From the human T2T-CHM13v2.0 reference genome, Homo sapiens: 64,000 nucleotides of DNA. Positions 1-25,945 of the stretch are shown here, piece by piece. Each line of letters opens with the position of its first letter. Position 1 is the stretch's first letter. The notes under the pieces are model-generated. The model was not told where the DNA came from, did no database searches, and saw only the letters and a list, made by a program, of their open reading frames with translations. The DNA lies in assembly GCF_009914755.1 (NCBI RefSeq), contig NC_060931.1. One strand, given 5' to 3'. The translations under genes were made by a program, and so were the position numbers.

Positions 1-418
1 AGGGAGGGGCCCCGGGAGCCCAGGATAGCCTCACTTGGCTGCCCCAGCCCTGGACCCCAGGCTGGCCTGCTTCAGGAGGGTGGCAGCTCCCCAGGGCCCC
101 TAGTGGCTGGGCGTGGTAGGGGGAGGACCTGGGGCCTTGGTGGGGAGTGAGGACCTCAGGTACCTTCACAGGTATCCCTGCAGGGCCATTGTGCAGACGG
201 TCCCCATCTGGATGACATCTGTGGCTGCGCCCTGGGGGAGCTCTACCTGTGATTTCACGTGTGTCCCCTGAGAGCTGGGCATGGTCAGCCCGTTCTCCAG
301 AAGGGGCAGCTGAGGCCCAGGGAGGGGAAGCACAGGCTGGGATTGGAAACAGCTCCTGGCCTGGCTTTGAGTCGATTCCAGGTGGGCTGGTGCAGGGCAC
401 CAGGGAGCCACCAGCTGA

Positions 419-4792
<4,374 letters not shown>

Positions 4793-5071
4793 GATCAGCG
4801 TCCTACCAAGACCCCAGCCCAACTCAAGCTACAGCAGCAGCACTTCCCAAGCCTGCTGACCACAGTCACATCACCCATCAGCACATGGAAGGCCCCTGGT
4901 ATGGACACTGAAAGGAAGGGCTGGTCCTGCCCCTTTGAGGGGGTGCAAACATGACTGGGACCTAAGAGCCAGAGGCTGTGTAGAGGCTCCTGCTCCACCT
5001 GCCAGTCTCGTAAGAGATGGGGTTGCTGCAGTGTTGGAGTAGGGGCAGAGGGAGGGAGCCAAGGTCACTCC

Positions 5072-5077
5072 AATAAA
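5072..5077 (+). terminator. AEBP1 polyadenylation signal AATAAA
   Basis: Canonical hexamer 280 nt after the stop codon. Confidence 0.85.
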
Positions 5078-5239
5078 ACAAGCTCATGGCACGGACTGCT
5101 CACATTCTGAGGTGTCAGGGATGGGGAGGAGGGAGACCGGCTGGTGGGTGCATGGGCTATGGTCACTGTGGGCACCCCTGCAGGAGTCCCATAGCCAGAG
5201 TGCCCAGGGCTCAAGGCTCGCATCAGCAAGTGCTCAGGC

Positions 5240-5245
5240 TTTATT
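5240..5245 (-). terminator. POLD2 polyadenylation signal AATAAA
   Basis: TTTATT on the + strand, 70 nt beyond the POLD2 stop. Confidence 0.85.
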
Positions 5246-5315
5246 TACAATGCCGACACTGCAGGGAATGAACAGCCTCCATCTGGGCCTCTCTGGTCAA
5301 AACCACTTTTTTGAG

Positions 5316-12586
<7,271 letters not shown>

Positions 12587-13779
12587 GGCCACACTCCTGA
12601 CTTGCTTGGTCCACACAGCTTCGCCCAGGCCAAGGAGGTTCACTGCGAAAACACAAAGGCATTCCTGCTGCCCCTGTCCATCCCCCAAAGCAGCAGCTCT
12701 CCTGGTGTCTCACTGCACCCAAAGGATACTGGGAAAAGAAGGGGAACAGCTGTAGTTGACACCAGACATTGTGTCCACTTGGAAATTTATCGTGCCTGGA
12801 TACCGATGTCTCACCCTGTAGCGGTCATCCAAAAAGAGAAAAGGAAAGCTAGGAGTGTTTGTCCCATCTGGAGTTCTTCCCGAACCCTAGACTCAGGTGT
12901 CCTGTTCCATCTGGACAACTACCAGGGTCTCAATCAAGTTCAGTTTGCCCCAAATGGAATTCCCGATCTGCCTCCATCCAGCTCTCCGGCACCTGTCTCA
13001 TTTCCAGACAAGAGGTCTGCCTTATTAAATAAAACTTCTGTGAAATAATAAGCCTATTATTAAATAATAATAGAACTAAACCAAAACCAAAACATAAATC
13101 AGTCACTGCTCTGTTCAAAACTCTCCAAAGTGTCCTCATTTCATTGAATAAGGCCCCAAGTCCTTACAACTGCCTATGAGATCTGCTCCACTGGTCCTCT
13201 CCCCTCCTGGTTCCCACTCCTCCACCTTGGATCCCTCCCCACAGCAAGGGGCCTCTGAACTCTTGCTTGCCCCTCTCCCGTATACTTATAGAGCTCACTT
13301 GCCCATCTCCTTCAAGTTCTTACATCTTTACTCAAATGTTACCTTGTGCCCTGCCCATCTGATTTACAACTGCAACTCTCCCCAGTACTTCAACTGTTAT
13401 TGTTGTTTACAACATTTACCTTCTAACAAACTGTATATTTTAAATGTATTGTCTGCCTGCTCCAACTAGACCATAAGCTCCAGGAGAGCTGAGATTTTTG
13501 TGTCTTATGCCACTAGCCACCTAGGGCTACGAAGTACAGGAGATGTGGTGAGTCCAACTGTGATGTTTGGGTTGGACACACAATGGATTTCTAAGAATAG
13601 TACAAAGAATATCCCAATAATTTTTTCACATACAATTGAAATAATAGTTTGAATATATTTATGGATTTACTCCAATTGATTTGTTTCGTTTTACTTTTTT
13701 CGTACACCTACTAGAAAGTTAAAAAATTCCCTAGCGGCTTGCAATCTATCTCCACGGGACAGCACTGGCCTGGGACACA

Positions 13780-14930
13780 GGCTCCGCACACGTGTCTAAC
13801 GAGTGACTCGTTAGGAGCTTTTGGCTCGAACGTGCTTGATGGCGGCAGCAGCCAGGCCGCGCTACTCGGGATGGGGCCGAGAGCGCCCTGGGGGCTGTCC
13901 CAGTCACGGCGGGTGCCCCGGCTCGGATCCACGCGGCAGCTGCGGGACGTCCGCCAAGACACCAGCCCACCGACCCAGGAGCCCGGCCTCGCGGCCTGGA
14001 ACTGCCACCCCCAGCTGACCCCGTTTCCCTGGACCCCACTCACCGCGCGGCGCGCCGCATCCCGCCAATCCCCGCGCGCCTGCCCCGCCCATCGCCGCAA
14101 CTCGCTAATCCCCGCGCGGCTTCCCCGCCCATCGCCTAATCTCACCAATCGCTGCCCTCCTCGCCCCGTCCGTCACCAGGCGCCTCATCCCGCCGACCAC
14201 TGTGCGCCCAGTCCCTGGGACGCCCAGAGAACGCGGAGCCACACCCTCGGTTTCCTGGGCAACGCGGGGCGGGGGCTCGCAGGCCGGCGCCGCGGGTCTT
14301 TGGTTGGCGGCCGCGCGTGCAGGGGTTGGGCTGACGGGGGGTGTCGGCCTCCAGTGGGCTGACCGCGTCACCCCGTCAGGCCCTGCCCAAACCTCCCAGT
14401 GGTCGTCACCCCGCCAGACCTCCCAGTGGTCGGCCGCCAGCCTCCTTGGTGAAGCCCCCAGCGTCCCAGCTTTCCCCGCAGAGCTGCCCACTTGTAGCGA
14501 TGGCGACACGCGAGGAGGATCCCAACAGAAAGAAGGCCCAAGGCCCACTAACTTGGCCGGGGAGAAGTAACTCTTCCTGAAGGGATGGCGCGGGGTCTCG
14601 GGGTTCCTCCCGTCCTGCCAGCGTCTGCGTCCGGGAAACGCATTGGCGGTTTCGGGGTCCTCCCTAGCTTGCCCACAGCTGCACACCAGCTTCCAGCCCA
14701 ACACTCCCCAATCTCCAGTGTCCTCGTTGTCCCCGTTACTCATACTCGTTCTTACCACCACGTCTTTCTGAGTGCTGTCTCCCACTTTGGGAATACTTTT
14801 TTTTTTTTTTTTCCATCTCCACTAATTTATAGAATTCCTCACCCCATCAAGAGACGCTTCCCCACTAAGCTTCCCGGGCTCTTCCCGCCGCGCGCTGATT
14901 CTCCCAGGCGTCCTCTAGCGCTACTGTTCT
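13780..14930. promoter_or_regulatory. POLD2 CpG-island promoter and first exon (donor GTGAGT after 14044 on the - strand)
   Basis: High CpG density, CCCCGCCC GC boxes and CCAAT motifs; ACTCAC at 14038-14043. Confidence 0.85.
14061..14150. repeat. 40-bp tandem duplication (2.25 copies) in POLD2 exon 1/promoter
   Basis: 14061-14100 and 14101-14140 share AATCCCCGCGCG..T.CCCCGCCCATCGCC; partial third copy CTCACCAATC. Confidence 0.85.
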
Positions 14931-15020
14931 GCTACTTCCCTGGGCCTGTTTCCTAAGTCCAGGTCTTGTCTCCACAACGAGTGGATATTAACACTAGTTA
15001 ATTATTACTTAATATTTTAA

Positions 15021-15342
<322 letters not shown>

Positions 15343-15463
15343 TTATATTTTAATTTAAAATGTGATATTTTAATTTAAAATGTGATATTTTAATTATTAA
15401 ACGCCTTTGCAACTGCTTTGAGGTTATGACACATTAATTCATCTGCTCCTCAAATAATCCTTT

Positions 15464-15667
<204 letters not shown>

Positions 15668-16338
15668 TTACACATGAGGAAATTGAGGCAGGGAGGGCAA
15701 GAGAGATCATGTAGCTAGTGAGTAATAGCTGGGATTCACACAGAGACAGCAGGACTCTTGCTGGTAAGGTTGTACTGTTCTGAGCCTTCACCTGAAACAT
15801 TGTACATGTATTGGGCAAACAAATAATTTTACTTTTTCCTTTCCAATTCAGATGCTTTTTATTTCTTTTTTCTTACCTGATTACTCTGGCTAGAACTTCC
15901 CATACTATGTTGAGTAGAAGTGGTGAAAGTGGGCATCTTTGTCTTATTCCGGATCTTAAAGGGGAAGCTTTCAGTCTTTAGCATTAAATATGTTGCTAGC
16001 TGTGAGTTTGGGGATTTGGCCTATGGATTTTATTATTTGAGGTAGTTTCCTCCTATTCTTAGTTTGTTGAGCTTTTTCTTCTTTCAAAAGAGTGTTGAAT
16101 TTTGTCAAATACTTTTTTGACATCAATTGAGATGACCGTGTGGGTTTTTTTTCTGTTAATGTGGTCTATTACATTTATTGATTTTTATGTTGAACCATTC
16201 TAGCATTTCAGGAACAAATTCCACTTGGTGGAATTACAAACCAAAGTTACAATAATACTAGCTTTTAATGTATTCTCTTTTATATAATTAATTTTACTTT
16301 AATTGCACCTGAATTTTCCTTTAGCATAGACCGTTATT

Positions 16339-16728
<390 letters not shown>

Positions 16729-17005
16729 TCTTTATTCAGCTTTGAGTCACTGTCTAGTATCCTTTCATTTCATCCTGAAAGGCTTTCTTTGGCTTTCTTT
16801 GCAGGGCAGATCTAGTGATAATGAACTCCCTCAGCTTGTGTTTATCTGGGAATGTCTTCATTTTCCCTTATTTTAAAATAATGGTTAAGTGAGATACAGA
16901 TACAGGATTCTCAGCTGACAGATTTATTTTTTTCTTTTAGCACTTTGAATATATCAATCTACTGCCTTTTGGCCTCTGAGGTTTCTGATGAGATAGCTGA
17001 TGATC

Positions 17006-17321
17006 TTTTTTTTCTTTTTCTTTTTCTTTTTTTTTTGAAACAAGGTCACACTCTGTCACCCAGGCTGGAGTGCAGTGGTGGCACGATCTTGGCTTGGTGC
17101 ACCCTCCGCCTCCCAGGTTCAAGTGATTCTCCTGCTTCAGCCTCCCGAGTAGCTGGGATTACAGGCATGCACCACCATGCCTCACCAATCTTTGTATTTT
17201 TAATGGAGATGGGTTTTTGCCATGTTGGCCAGGCTGGTCTCAAACTCCTGACCTCAAGTGATCCACCTGCCTCGGCCTCCCAAAGTGCTAAGATTACAGG
17301 TGTGAGCCACCGTGCCCAGCC
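17006..17321 (-). mobile_element. Alu (AluS-like)
   Basis: Full Alu in reverse with poly-T. Confidence 0.9.
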
Positions 17322-17754
17322 AAGATATCTGATAATCTTTTTGAAGATCCCTTGTATGTGATGAGTCACTTCTCTCTTGCAGCTTTTGATATTGTCTCCT
17401 TGTCTTTGGCTTTCAGCAGTTTGATTATGATGAATCTCAGTATGAGTATCTTTGAGTTTTTCCTACTTGGAGTTTGTCGAGATTTTTGAATGTTCATATT
17501 CATGTCATTCATCAAATTTGAGACATTTTCAGCCATTATTTCTCCTAATAATCTCTCTGGTCCTTCACTCTCTTCTCTTTCTGGAATTTCCACAATGGGT
17601 ATTAGTCTGCTTGATGGTGTCCCGCAGGTCTCTTAGGCTCTGTTTATTTTTCTTCCATCTTTTTCCTTTCTGTTCCTCAAATTTGATAATTTCAATGTCC
17701 AGTCTTCAAATTGCTGATTTTTTAAATAAATTTTATAATTTTTAAATTTTATAT

Positions 17755-17880
17755 AAGTTTTTTTAAAGATAGGGTTTTTCTATGTTGCCCAGGCTGGTTT
17801 CAAACTCCTGGGCTCAAGCAATCCTCCTGCCTCAGCCTTCCGAAGTGCTGGATTATGAGCATGAGCCACTGCACCTGGCC
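17755..17880 (-). mobile_element. Alu left monomer (FLAM-like)
   Basis: GTTGCCCAGGCTGGTTTCAAACTCCTGGGCTCAAGCAATCC...CCTGGCC. Confidence 0.8.
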
Positions 17881-19694
17881 AAGTTTGCTTACATCTGCCT
17901 TTGAAGCCCTCTAGGGAATTTATTGTATTCTTCAGCTTCATAATTTTTTGCTACCAAGAAAAAAAACTCCAAAAAGTTTTCTATCACTTTATTGGAATTT
18001 CCATTTGTTCCATCACTTTCTTGACTTTGTTCACATTTTCCTTTAGCTCTTCAAGCATCTTTAAGACAGTTGTTTTAAAGTATTTGTCTAGTAAGTCAGC
18101 CATCTGGTTTTCCTCTGGTATGGCTTCTGCTTATTTATTCTTTTCCTTTGAGTGGGTCTTAGTCTCCTATTTCTTTGTATGCCTTGTGATTTTTTTTTTT
18201 GTTGTTGTTGTTGTTGTTGAAAACTGGACATTTGCATCTCATGATGTGGAAACTCTGGAAATCAGGTGCTTCCTCTTTCCCCAAGTTTGCTGGGTTTTTC
18301 ATTTGTTTGTTTTTATTTTTTATTTTTAGAGCTAGTGTCTTGCTCTGTTGCTCAGGCTGGAGTGATGTGTTGAGTTTATTTTTGATTATGAGAAATGTAG
18401 CTCAGGACACCCGTGGGTATAAGACCAAGGTGGTGGCCATCCTCACATTGCAGGAAGGTGTACATTATTCAAGACAGGCTTGAAATGACACGTGGGCCCT
18501 GAATTTGGACTAACCCAGCTGCAGTTCAGTAGTGGGTGAAGGGCAGGTGTATCATTTGGTTGTGACAAATGTAAATGAAAGGCAGTTGATCTATTAGATA
18601 TTGGGGATGCACAGAAATGGTGGGAGTTTGGAGGATCAGGTTTTGGGGCAGATGGGAAGTATGGTTGCTCTGGAGGGCCAAGAAACTGGAAGAACAGCAA
18701 TCACCTTCTATCTGGGATTCTCTGATCTGCATACCAGTCCTAGGCTGGACCGTCCCCAGTGTTCCCACTGCTCTTGGATGATGCTCTCATGAAACAGAAT
18801 CTGGGAGAGGTGGCCCAGCTGGCCAGACTTAGCTTGGGAGCCTGCTGCCTGTTATGTTGCTGAGAGTCTAGGTTCCTACACCCTGTAGGGTTGGTTACAG
18901 GAACTACCCTCCCACCAAACCCATACATAGTCCAAGAAAAGCAGTTCCCCATAGGAATCAGTGCTATTGAGAAGGGGACAGATACTGGGCTGGTAACTGA
19001 TCCCTATTCACTTTCAGGCACCATCCACATAGGATGGAAGCAGACAGCTGCAGTTCCCAGAGGCCAGGCCAGGGCAGAAGCCAGAGTCTATGTACAGCCG
19101 CCTGGAGGTGGCACCGATGAGGGCAAGGTGGGCTGACTCAGAGGCTGGGACCCTGGCAGGTGCCAGGTCGACCCAAGCCAGGCAAAAACAAGGGTCTACT
19201 CTCTAGAGCCTGGGTTGAGGTGGGTGTGGGTCTTGATTGCAAGCCACAGAAACTAACTGGATACAACTCAAGCATAAAGTAGGTTTCATTACAAGGATAC
19301 ATCTCTGTGGGACCCAAGGACAGGAAGGTGGCCCCTTTCCTGTCTTTCCTTTGGCCTCAGGGAGGAAGCAGAGAGTTCAAGGGGGGTCCTGGGAGAAGCA
19401 TGGTGGAGGTGTTGCTGACAGCAAAGGGAGCAGTGGGTTAGATAATATTCTATTTTGGAGCTGTGTGGCTCTTTGTGTCAGTGGCACATCCTAGGGGACA
19501 TTCCACAGCTGGGAGGGGTGGGGCTGAAGTACCTTGGCAGATGGAAGGTTAGAGGCTGCTCCAGACACCTGGGATGGTAGAGACAGATCAACGAGTCCCA
19601 AGGAAAAAGACAGTGAAGGGTTGACAGTGTGTTGGCAGCAGGAGGGAGGGGGGCAGCTAGGAGAGGGGCCAGAAAGAGGAGGTCTTCTCTCTCC

Positions 19695-19802
19695 ATGCAC
19701 ACACATGCATATGCACACACATGCATATGCACACACACATACATGCATGCACACACACCCCCACATGCACATACACGCACAGACACCTGCTACATACACA
19801 CC
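19695..19802. repeat. Degenerate (CA/CATG)n purine-pyrimidine repeat
   Basis: CATGCACACACATGCATATGCACACACATGCATATGCACAC... Confidence 0.85.
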
Positions 19803-21096
19803 CCCAACCTCTCACCTGCCACACCACCTTCTATGCCACACACTTGTGTCCACGCCCCCACAGGCATGGCAGCAGACAGCAGGCCAAGGAGAGGCTCCTT
19901 CTCACTGCATCTGGCCTCTGCTGTGCACTGCCTCGGGTCAGCAGGGCGGGCCCCATGCCAATGGCCTTTGGTGGGAGACACACCTTGCTACCCAGAGAGA
20001 AACCTCTGGGCATGACCTGCTGTAGTTGGCAAACTCCTCGGCCCCACAGCATCTATAAAGGCTCTCAGCCTTCAGTCTCCACAGGTCTGGAGGTTTGTCA
20101 TGTGCCTTCATTCACTCATGAGATATTGCCAGAGCATCTGCTCTGTGCCAGGGACAGAGTTGTTCCTATCTTTGTGTTTGCTTACAGAAAGCCATAGCAT
20201 GAGAGTGAGCAGGTGGGCCAGGCAAGGAGGAATGTTGCCCAGACTTGCACTGGGGGATGGCTTCCTAGAGGAGGTGACTCTGGACTGAGGCCTGAAGCCC
20301 GTGGAGGTCAGGGAGGGGCTGGGGGCAAGGGGGCCACAATGCTGGGACAGCAACTCCCCTCACACAACCATAGCAGCAAAGCCTGGAGGGGCCAGGGTAG
20401 GAGGTTCTTGGGGAGGCCACAGCCCTGACAGCCTGGCCAGAGCTGCTCTCCTTTTAGCCTGGACTGAGCTCGACTTGACCTCAGCACCCAGCACCCTCCA
20501 CTCAGAAGGGCTGGTCTCACGGTAACTCCCACTGAGACTCACAGGCACTCAGGGACCAGTGAACAGTGAGTCTGGTGGGGTGGGCCTCTGTTTCTTGTAA
20601 CAAAGGGTCAAAATGAAGAAAGGAATCCCAGTTTTTGGTTAACTTTTCTTAAAACTTTGTCAATGCTACTGTTTGTCTTCATCAGAACATGGGCTAAGAT
20701 GAAGTACCACTCATCTATTGCTGCAAAACAAACCTGTCAAATCTTACTGGCTCAAAAAATGCAGCGGTTTCTTATTTCTCAGATGCTGTGGGCTGAGCCA
20801 GTGGCTCTTTGTCCCTTCTTGCCTGACCTTGGAAGTGGTCATTTGACTGGGTCTGGAGGTCCATCAGAGTCTCCTTCCCAGGGGTCCAGCCTCAGCCGGG
20901 GTGGTGCCAGGCCAGGCCTGTCTCTCCAAGTGATCTTTTATCCTGGGCTTTGTCTTATGGATGTCGCGTGGTGGCATTCAGGTTCCAGGAAAGTGAGAAC
21001 TACAAGGCTGAGGTCAACAAACCACAGGCCAGCCCAGATCTGGGGAGTAGAGAAACAGCCTCATCCTCGTGATGGGAGGATCTCCACATTAAATGA

Positions 21097-21397
<301 letters not shown>

Positions 21398-23284
21398 ACT
21401 GAATTCTTGAAGTATCCTGTGATGACTCCCCAGTGGTGTGCACACAGGGCTGTGGCTTTCAGGGGCTCTGCAACCCTGGGAGAATGAGGCCATCTGGGGT
21501 ACCAGCCCACCCCCAAGTCCATCTGCACATTTAATCGAGGGCTGCAGGGTCACTGCCCTGTGGGTATGCCCAGTGGTTCTGAGTTAAATCAGCTTTGCAA
21601 GGGGCTTGCTCTGGGCTGACCTCAGAAGAGGAGGCTGGGAAGGTTGGGTTGGTGCTATCAAGAGGTTGGGTAATTCAGACATCTTCATTTTAAGCTCCTG
21701 GATATGTGTGGGACACAGAAACTTCCAGGTGCAAGGACTCAGGTTGCCCATGGGCTCTCCAGGCTGTGTGCAGCCAGTTGATTCTCCTGGAGAGGGAGCC
21801 CCAGACCCACAGCCTTGCTGCCTTGTGCTCTGCTCTGAGGTCTGTCTGCACAAAGGTCAATAACAGGCTCAAACCCAGCTCCACCACCTCCCAGCTGTGT
21901 GTAACCTTGGACAGCTTGCTTAACCACGTGGGGCCAATACTCATACTGTATTGGTTGGGGTTAGGTTCTGTTGTGAGCATGAAAGACTTCAAACAACAGC
22001 AGCTTCCATCAGGTGGAGTTTGTTCTCTTCGTGTAGCATTCGATGGGAGGTAGAGGTGATGTGTGATGCCCCCATATGTCAGAGACGCAGCCAGACCCAG
22101 CTCACGGCTCCCCCACCCTGTGGCTGTGGCCCTCATCTTCATAGCCCCAGGAGGCTGTGTGCCAGCTAGGTGTTAGCCAGCGGGTTGGAGGGAGGCACAA
22201 ACATCTGTCTCTTAAGGAGAAAACTGCCACCACACCTAGTCATACCTGCCAGTGAGGGAGGCAGAAAGTGTAGTCTTTATTCTGAGGCCAGGGGTGTAAC
22301 TACAGACTCAGTCATCACGGAGCGTGAGAGGGCACCGGACTGCCACGTGTGCACTGTGCCCAGCAGCTGAGTGCCTGGGGCAGAGGAGCTCAATGACCAT
22401 CAGGTGCTGTCAATATCCAGTCCAGCCCTGCTTCACAGACAGGAAACCGAGTCCCAGACAGGCACACAGAGAGGGAGACTGGGCCTACTCCTTGACCTTG
22501 GCCAAGGCCTCCCCCAGCTGTCCTATCCCTACACCTCCACACCCCCAGCTTTTCCATCTAGAAGATTCTAGAAGGTTCACTGCAAAGGAAGAGGTGAGTG
22601 TGTGCAGACCTACCTATTCCTTATGTTTCTCCAGCTTAACCAGGCCTCTGCACTCTTGTGCAGGAATATCAGAACATGGGGGAGTCCAGGTTCAGGCTGG
22701 GGCCTCTCTCAGCCTGTCAGGGAGGGTCAGGACTGAGGTGGGCTGTGGGCCAGCACGCGCCCATCAGTCCCTGACAGTTACACTGGACAGCTAAGCTGGA
22801 GAAGCATGTGGGTCACATATTTCTCATGCCAGGGCAGAAATTTAAGAGCCTGTCTTTAACCTTATCAGTGGTGTTAACTCAGCTAAAGAAAGAATATGCA
22901 GAGAGAGAGGGCTGGCAGGCTGGGGCACAGCAGGAACTGGGGCCCAGGTTGGGGGCTCAAGAGGTTGCAGGATAAGATCAGAAAATACAACACAAAGCTG
23001 GGCACAGTAATCCCAGCACTTTGGGAGGCTGAGACGAGAGGATCCCTTGAGGTCAGTTCAAGACCAGTCTGGACAACATAGCAGGACCCCCTTGAACTCT
23101 ACGAAAAAGAGCGAAAACACAACACAACAGGGTCCCGACCCATGCCAACCAGGAGGGAGCCTTTGGGCAGCAGCCCTTGCTGCGCACCTGGGCCAACTTG
23201 GCCAGCACTCTCTGTGGGAGAGGCCACTCACCCCCATGCCCTCCCTGGGCAAGGCTGAGGCTCTTGAGGGGTGGAACATCAGGC

Positions 23285-23950
23285 ATGTTGGGGACATAAT
23301 CGAAAACAAAAATCTCCTGCCAATGCAGAAAACCTTTCCACAAAAGAAGAGAAAGAAAAATTTAATTATTGAATAGGCATTAAACAGATTGCGATGCTCA
23401 TCACAGATAATCTGCTAATAAATTACAAAGGCAGAAAGAAGTCTCACGCTTGTATATAACCAGGTGCAACCCATCCCGTACACGTTCTCAAGGGAAACGT
23501 CACAGGTGCTCAGGTAAGAGGACTTGACAGCACCAGTGGTCACACACAGTTCTCTGTGAATCCCCAGGTAACTGTGGTGGCCACCTGGGTTTGCCTAAAG
23601 GAAAAAAAATAAATTCATTCCTTTAAGACTGGAAGTGTGTTTGCAACTTGAGCTAGGCACCGGGCTAAAGTTAGGCTCCCCTTTGCCCACGGAAACTGGG
23701 AGATAAGGATGTATCTCCCTTGGTGATTACACTTCAAATGGTGGCTCCTAGGTCCTTAAGGAGACATTCCTGGGATGTGAAACTTGAAAGAGGCTTATTT
23801 AGCTTTTGAACAGATCTACATAAAAAAAGTCCAGGAAGGAACTTGCAATGATAGATTTTCTAAAGAAAAAGGAGAGGGGAAAGTCTTTTTTTTTTTTTTT
23901 CACCAAGGAGAATAAACTTATTCTCATTTTTAATTTGCATTTGCCCTTCT
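23285..23950. mobile_element. Probable ERV1-class LTR remnant
   Basis: An abrupt AT-richer block that resembles MER34/MER39-type LTRs from memory; the family is not verified. Confidence 0.4.
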
Positions 23951-24344
23951 GGTGCCTCAAAGCTAGGGTTAGGGCACTTGGGCAGCACAGCCGGCCTCTG
24001 CCCTGACTAGAGGTTGTCCTAGGGAATAAAATGCAGATTCTGACTCTGAGCCCCAGGTGAGGCCTGCACTGCAAGGGAAGAGGCTCCCTCGGGCCTTTGT
24101 TTGCATCCAGGGTCTTCAGGGTGTTGGGGCAGGGATGGAGGAGGGGAAGGTCAGACTAATGGGATGATGCTTTTTTTGCCTTTTATTTTTGTATATTTTT
24201 AATGTTAAAAAGAAAAGCCTAATTACCACAAATTGCAAAGGACTAAAGACGTCTAGAATAATGAATGAATCACTTCAGCCTGGAAAGCAGATACTGTCAA
24301 TCCTATTAATGTTATACAAGCCCCTTCAAGTATTTTACATTTCT

Positions 24345-24671
24345 TTTTTTTTGTTCTTTTATTTTGTTGTATTTTATTATTATTATTTTTTGAGATGGAG
24401 TCTCGGTTTGTCGCCCAGGCTGGTGTGCAGTGGCACGATCTCAGCTCACTGCATCCTCTGCCTCCTGGGTTCAAGTGATTCTCTTGCTTCAGCCTCCCAA
24501 GTAGTTGGGATTGTAGGCACATGCCACGACACCCAGCTAATTTTTGTATTTTTAATAGAGATGGGGTTTCGCCATGTTGGTCAGGCTGGTCTTGAACTCC
24601 TGGCCTCAGGTAATCCACCTGCCTCAGCCTCCCAAAGTGCTAGGATTACAAGCATGAGCCACTGCCTGGCC
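24345..24671 (-). mobile_element. Alu (AluS-like)
   Basis: Alu consensus with a degenerate T/TAT tail. Confidence 0.88.
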
Positions 24672-25357
24672 TTTTTTGTCCTTTTAAATGTGATATCCTA
24701 GTACATAGTAAAGATAATGTACTATGAGCATAAGGTGGAACCTTCTCTGCAGACCCAGATGACAAGTTCCCCTCGCCAGAGAAGTGGGCTGGAAGTTCTT
24801 ACCTTCTCTGCCATCAGCATGGCTGAAGGGAGAGAGTGGGGAAAATCCAGAGACCGGTCCACAAAGGAGGTACTCTGGGTTCCATTCAGGAGGGTGCCAG
24901 ATGATGATTCTGCTATCAGACTGAACGTGAGTTCTTGGCAGAGGAGAAGGGGCAGAAACTGATGGAAGTCCCTCCAGAGAGATGGGAAGGCTCTGGACAG
25001 TCCCAGTGAGGGCAACAGGCCTGCTCATGCACAGTCAGGGGGCTTGAGCCAGAGCAGGGCTCCATGGGGGGTTGTGTGGCAGGGACATCCAGGACCAGGA
25101 GCTCTGGGACATCTGGAGTGAGCGCCTTGGCTCAGATGGAGGTGTCCTTAGAGTGGCAAGGCTTCTGAGGCTTCTAGAAAGACAGGAAAGGTAAGGGGCA
25201 GTGGGTTTATGAGGAGGCTTCTGGTGAGGCTCCCCTTGGGGGCCCCCAGGAACAAGTAGGGTGCAGGGTTGTGGTGGTGGGAGTGTGGAGGAGGCTGGTC
25301 CTGAGTCACGCAGAACTGGGGCACAGTAGGGGCATTTAGGCCCTTTGGGTCCTATAT

Positions 25358-25945
25358 TCTTCCTTCCTCCCTTCCTCCCTCCTTCCCTCCTTCCCTCCTT
25401 CCTTCCTTCCCTTCTTTCTTTTCTTTCTCACAAGGTCTCGCTCTGTCACCCAGGCTGGAGTGCAGTGGCACGATCATGGCTTACTGCAGCCTGGACCTGG
25501 TTCAAGCTCCCTGAATATCTGGGACTATAGGTGCGCACCACCACAACAGGCTAATTTTTTTATTTTTTGAAGAGATGGGTTTTTGCCATGTTGCCCAGGT
25601 TGGTCTTGCACTCCTGGTCTTAAGCAATCCTCCCTTCTCTGCCTCCCAAAGTGTTGGGATCACAGGTATGAGTCACTGCGCCTGGCCCTGTTGCATGTCT
25701 TTCTTTCTCTGTCTCTATTTTTTTTTTTTTTACTAGGGTCTCACTTTGTCACCCAGGCTGGAGTGCAATTGCAGAATCCTGGCTCACTGCTGCCTCAACC
25801 TCCCAGGCTCAAGCAATCCTCTGCCTTGGCCTCCCAAGTAGCTGGGATTTCAGGCGTGAGCCGTCATGCTTAGTTACCTGTTGTATTTCTTTTCTTTTCT
25901 TTCTTTCTTTTTTTTTTTTTCTAAGAGGGAGCCTTGCTCTGTTTT
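25358..25945 (-). mobile_element. (CCTT)n tract followed by AluJ-like elements (25420-25687; partial 25717-25945)
   Basis: Pyrimidine microsatellite tail plus Alu consensus segments. Confidence 0.8.

Noticed and set aside
13711-14956. Long ORFs (207, 226 aa and others) around the POLD2 promoter
   Set aside because: Stop-poor GC-rich CpG island; low-complexity R/P/A/G translations with no recognisable domain.
19478-20197. His/Thr- and Cys/Val-rich ORFs
   Set aside because: Translations of the (CA/TG) microsatellite.
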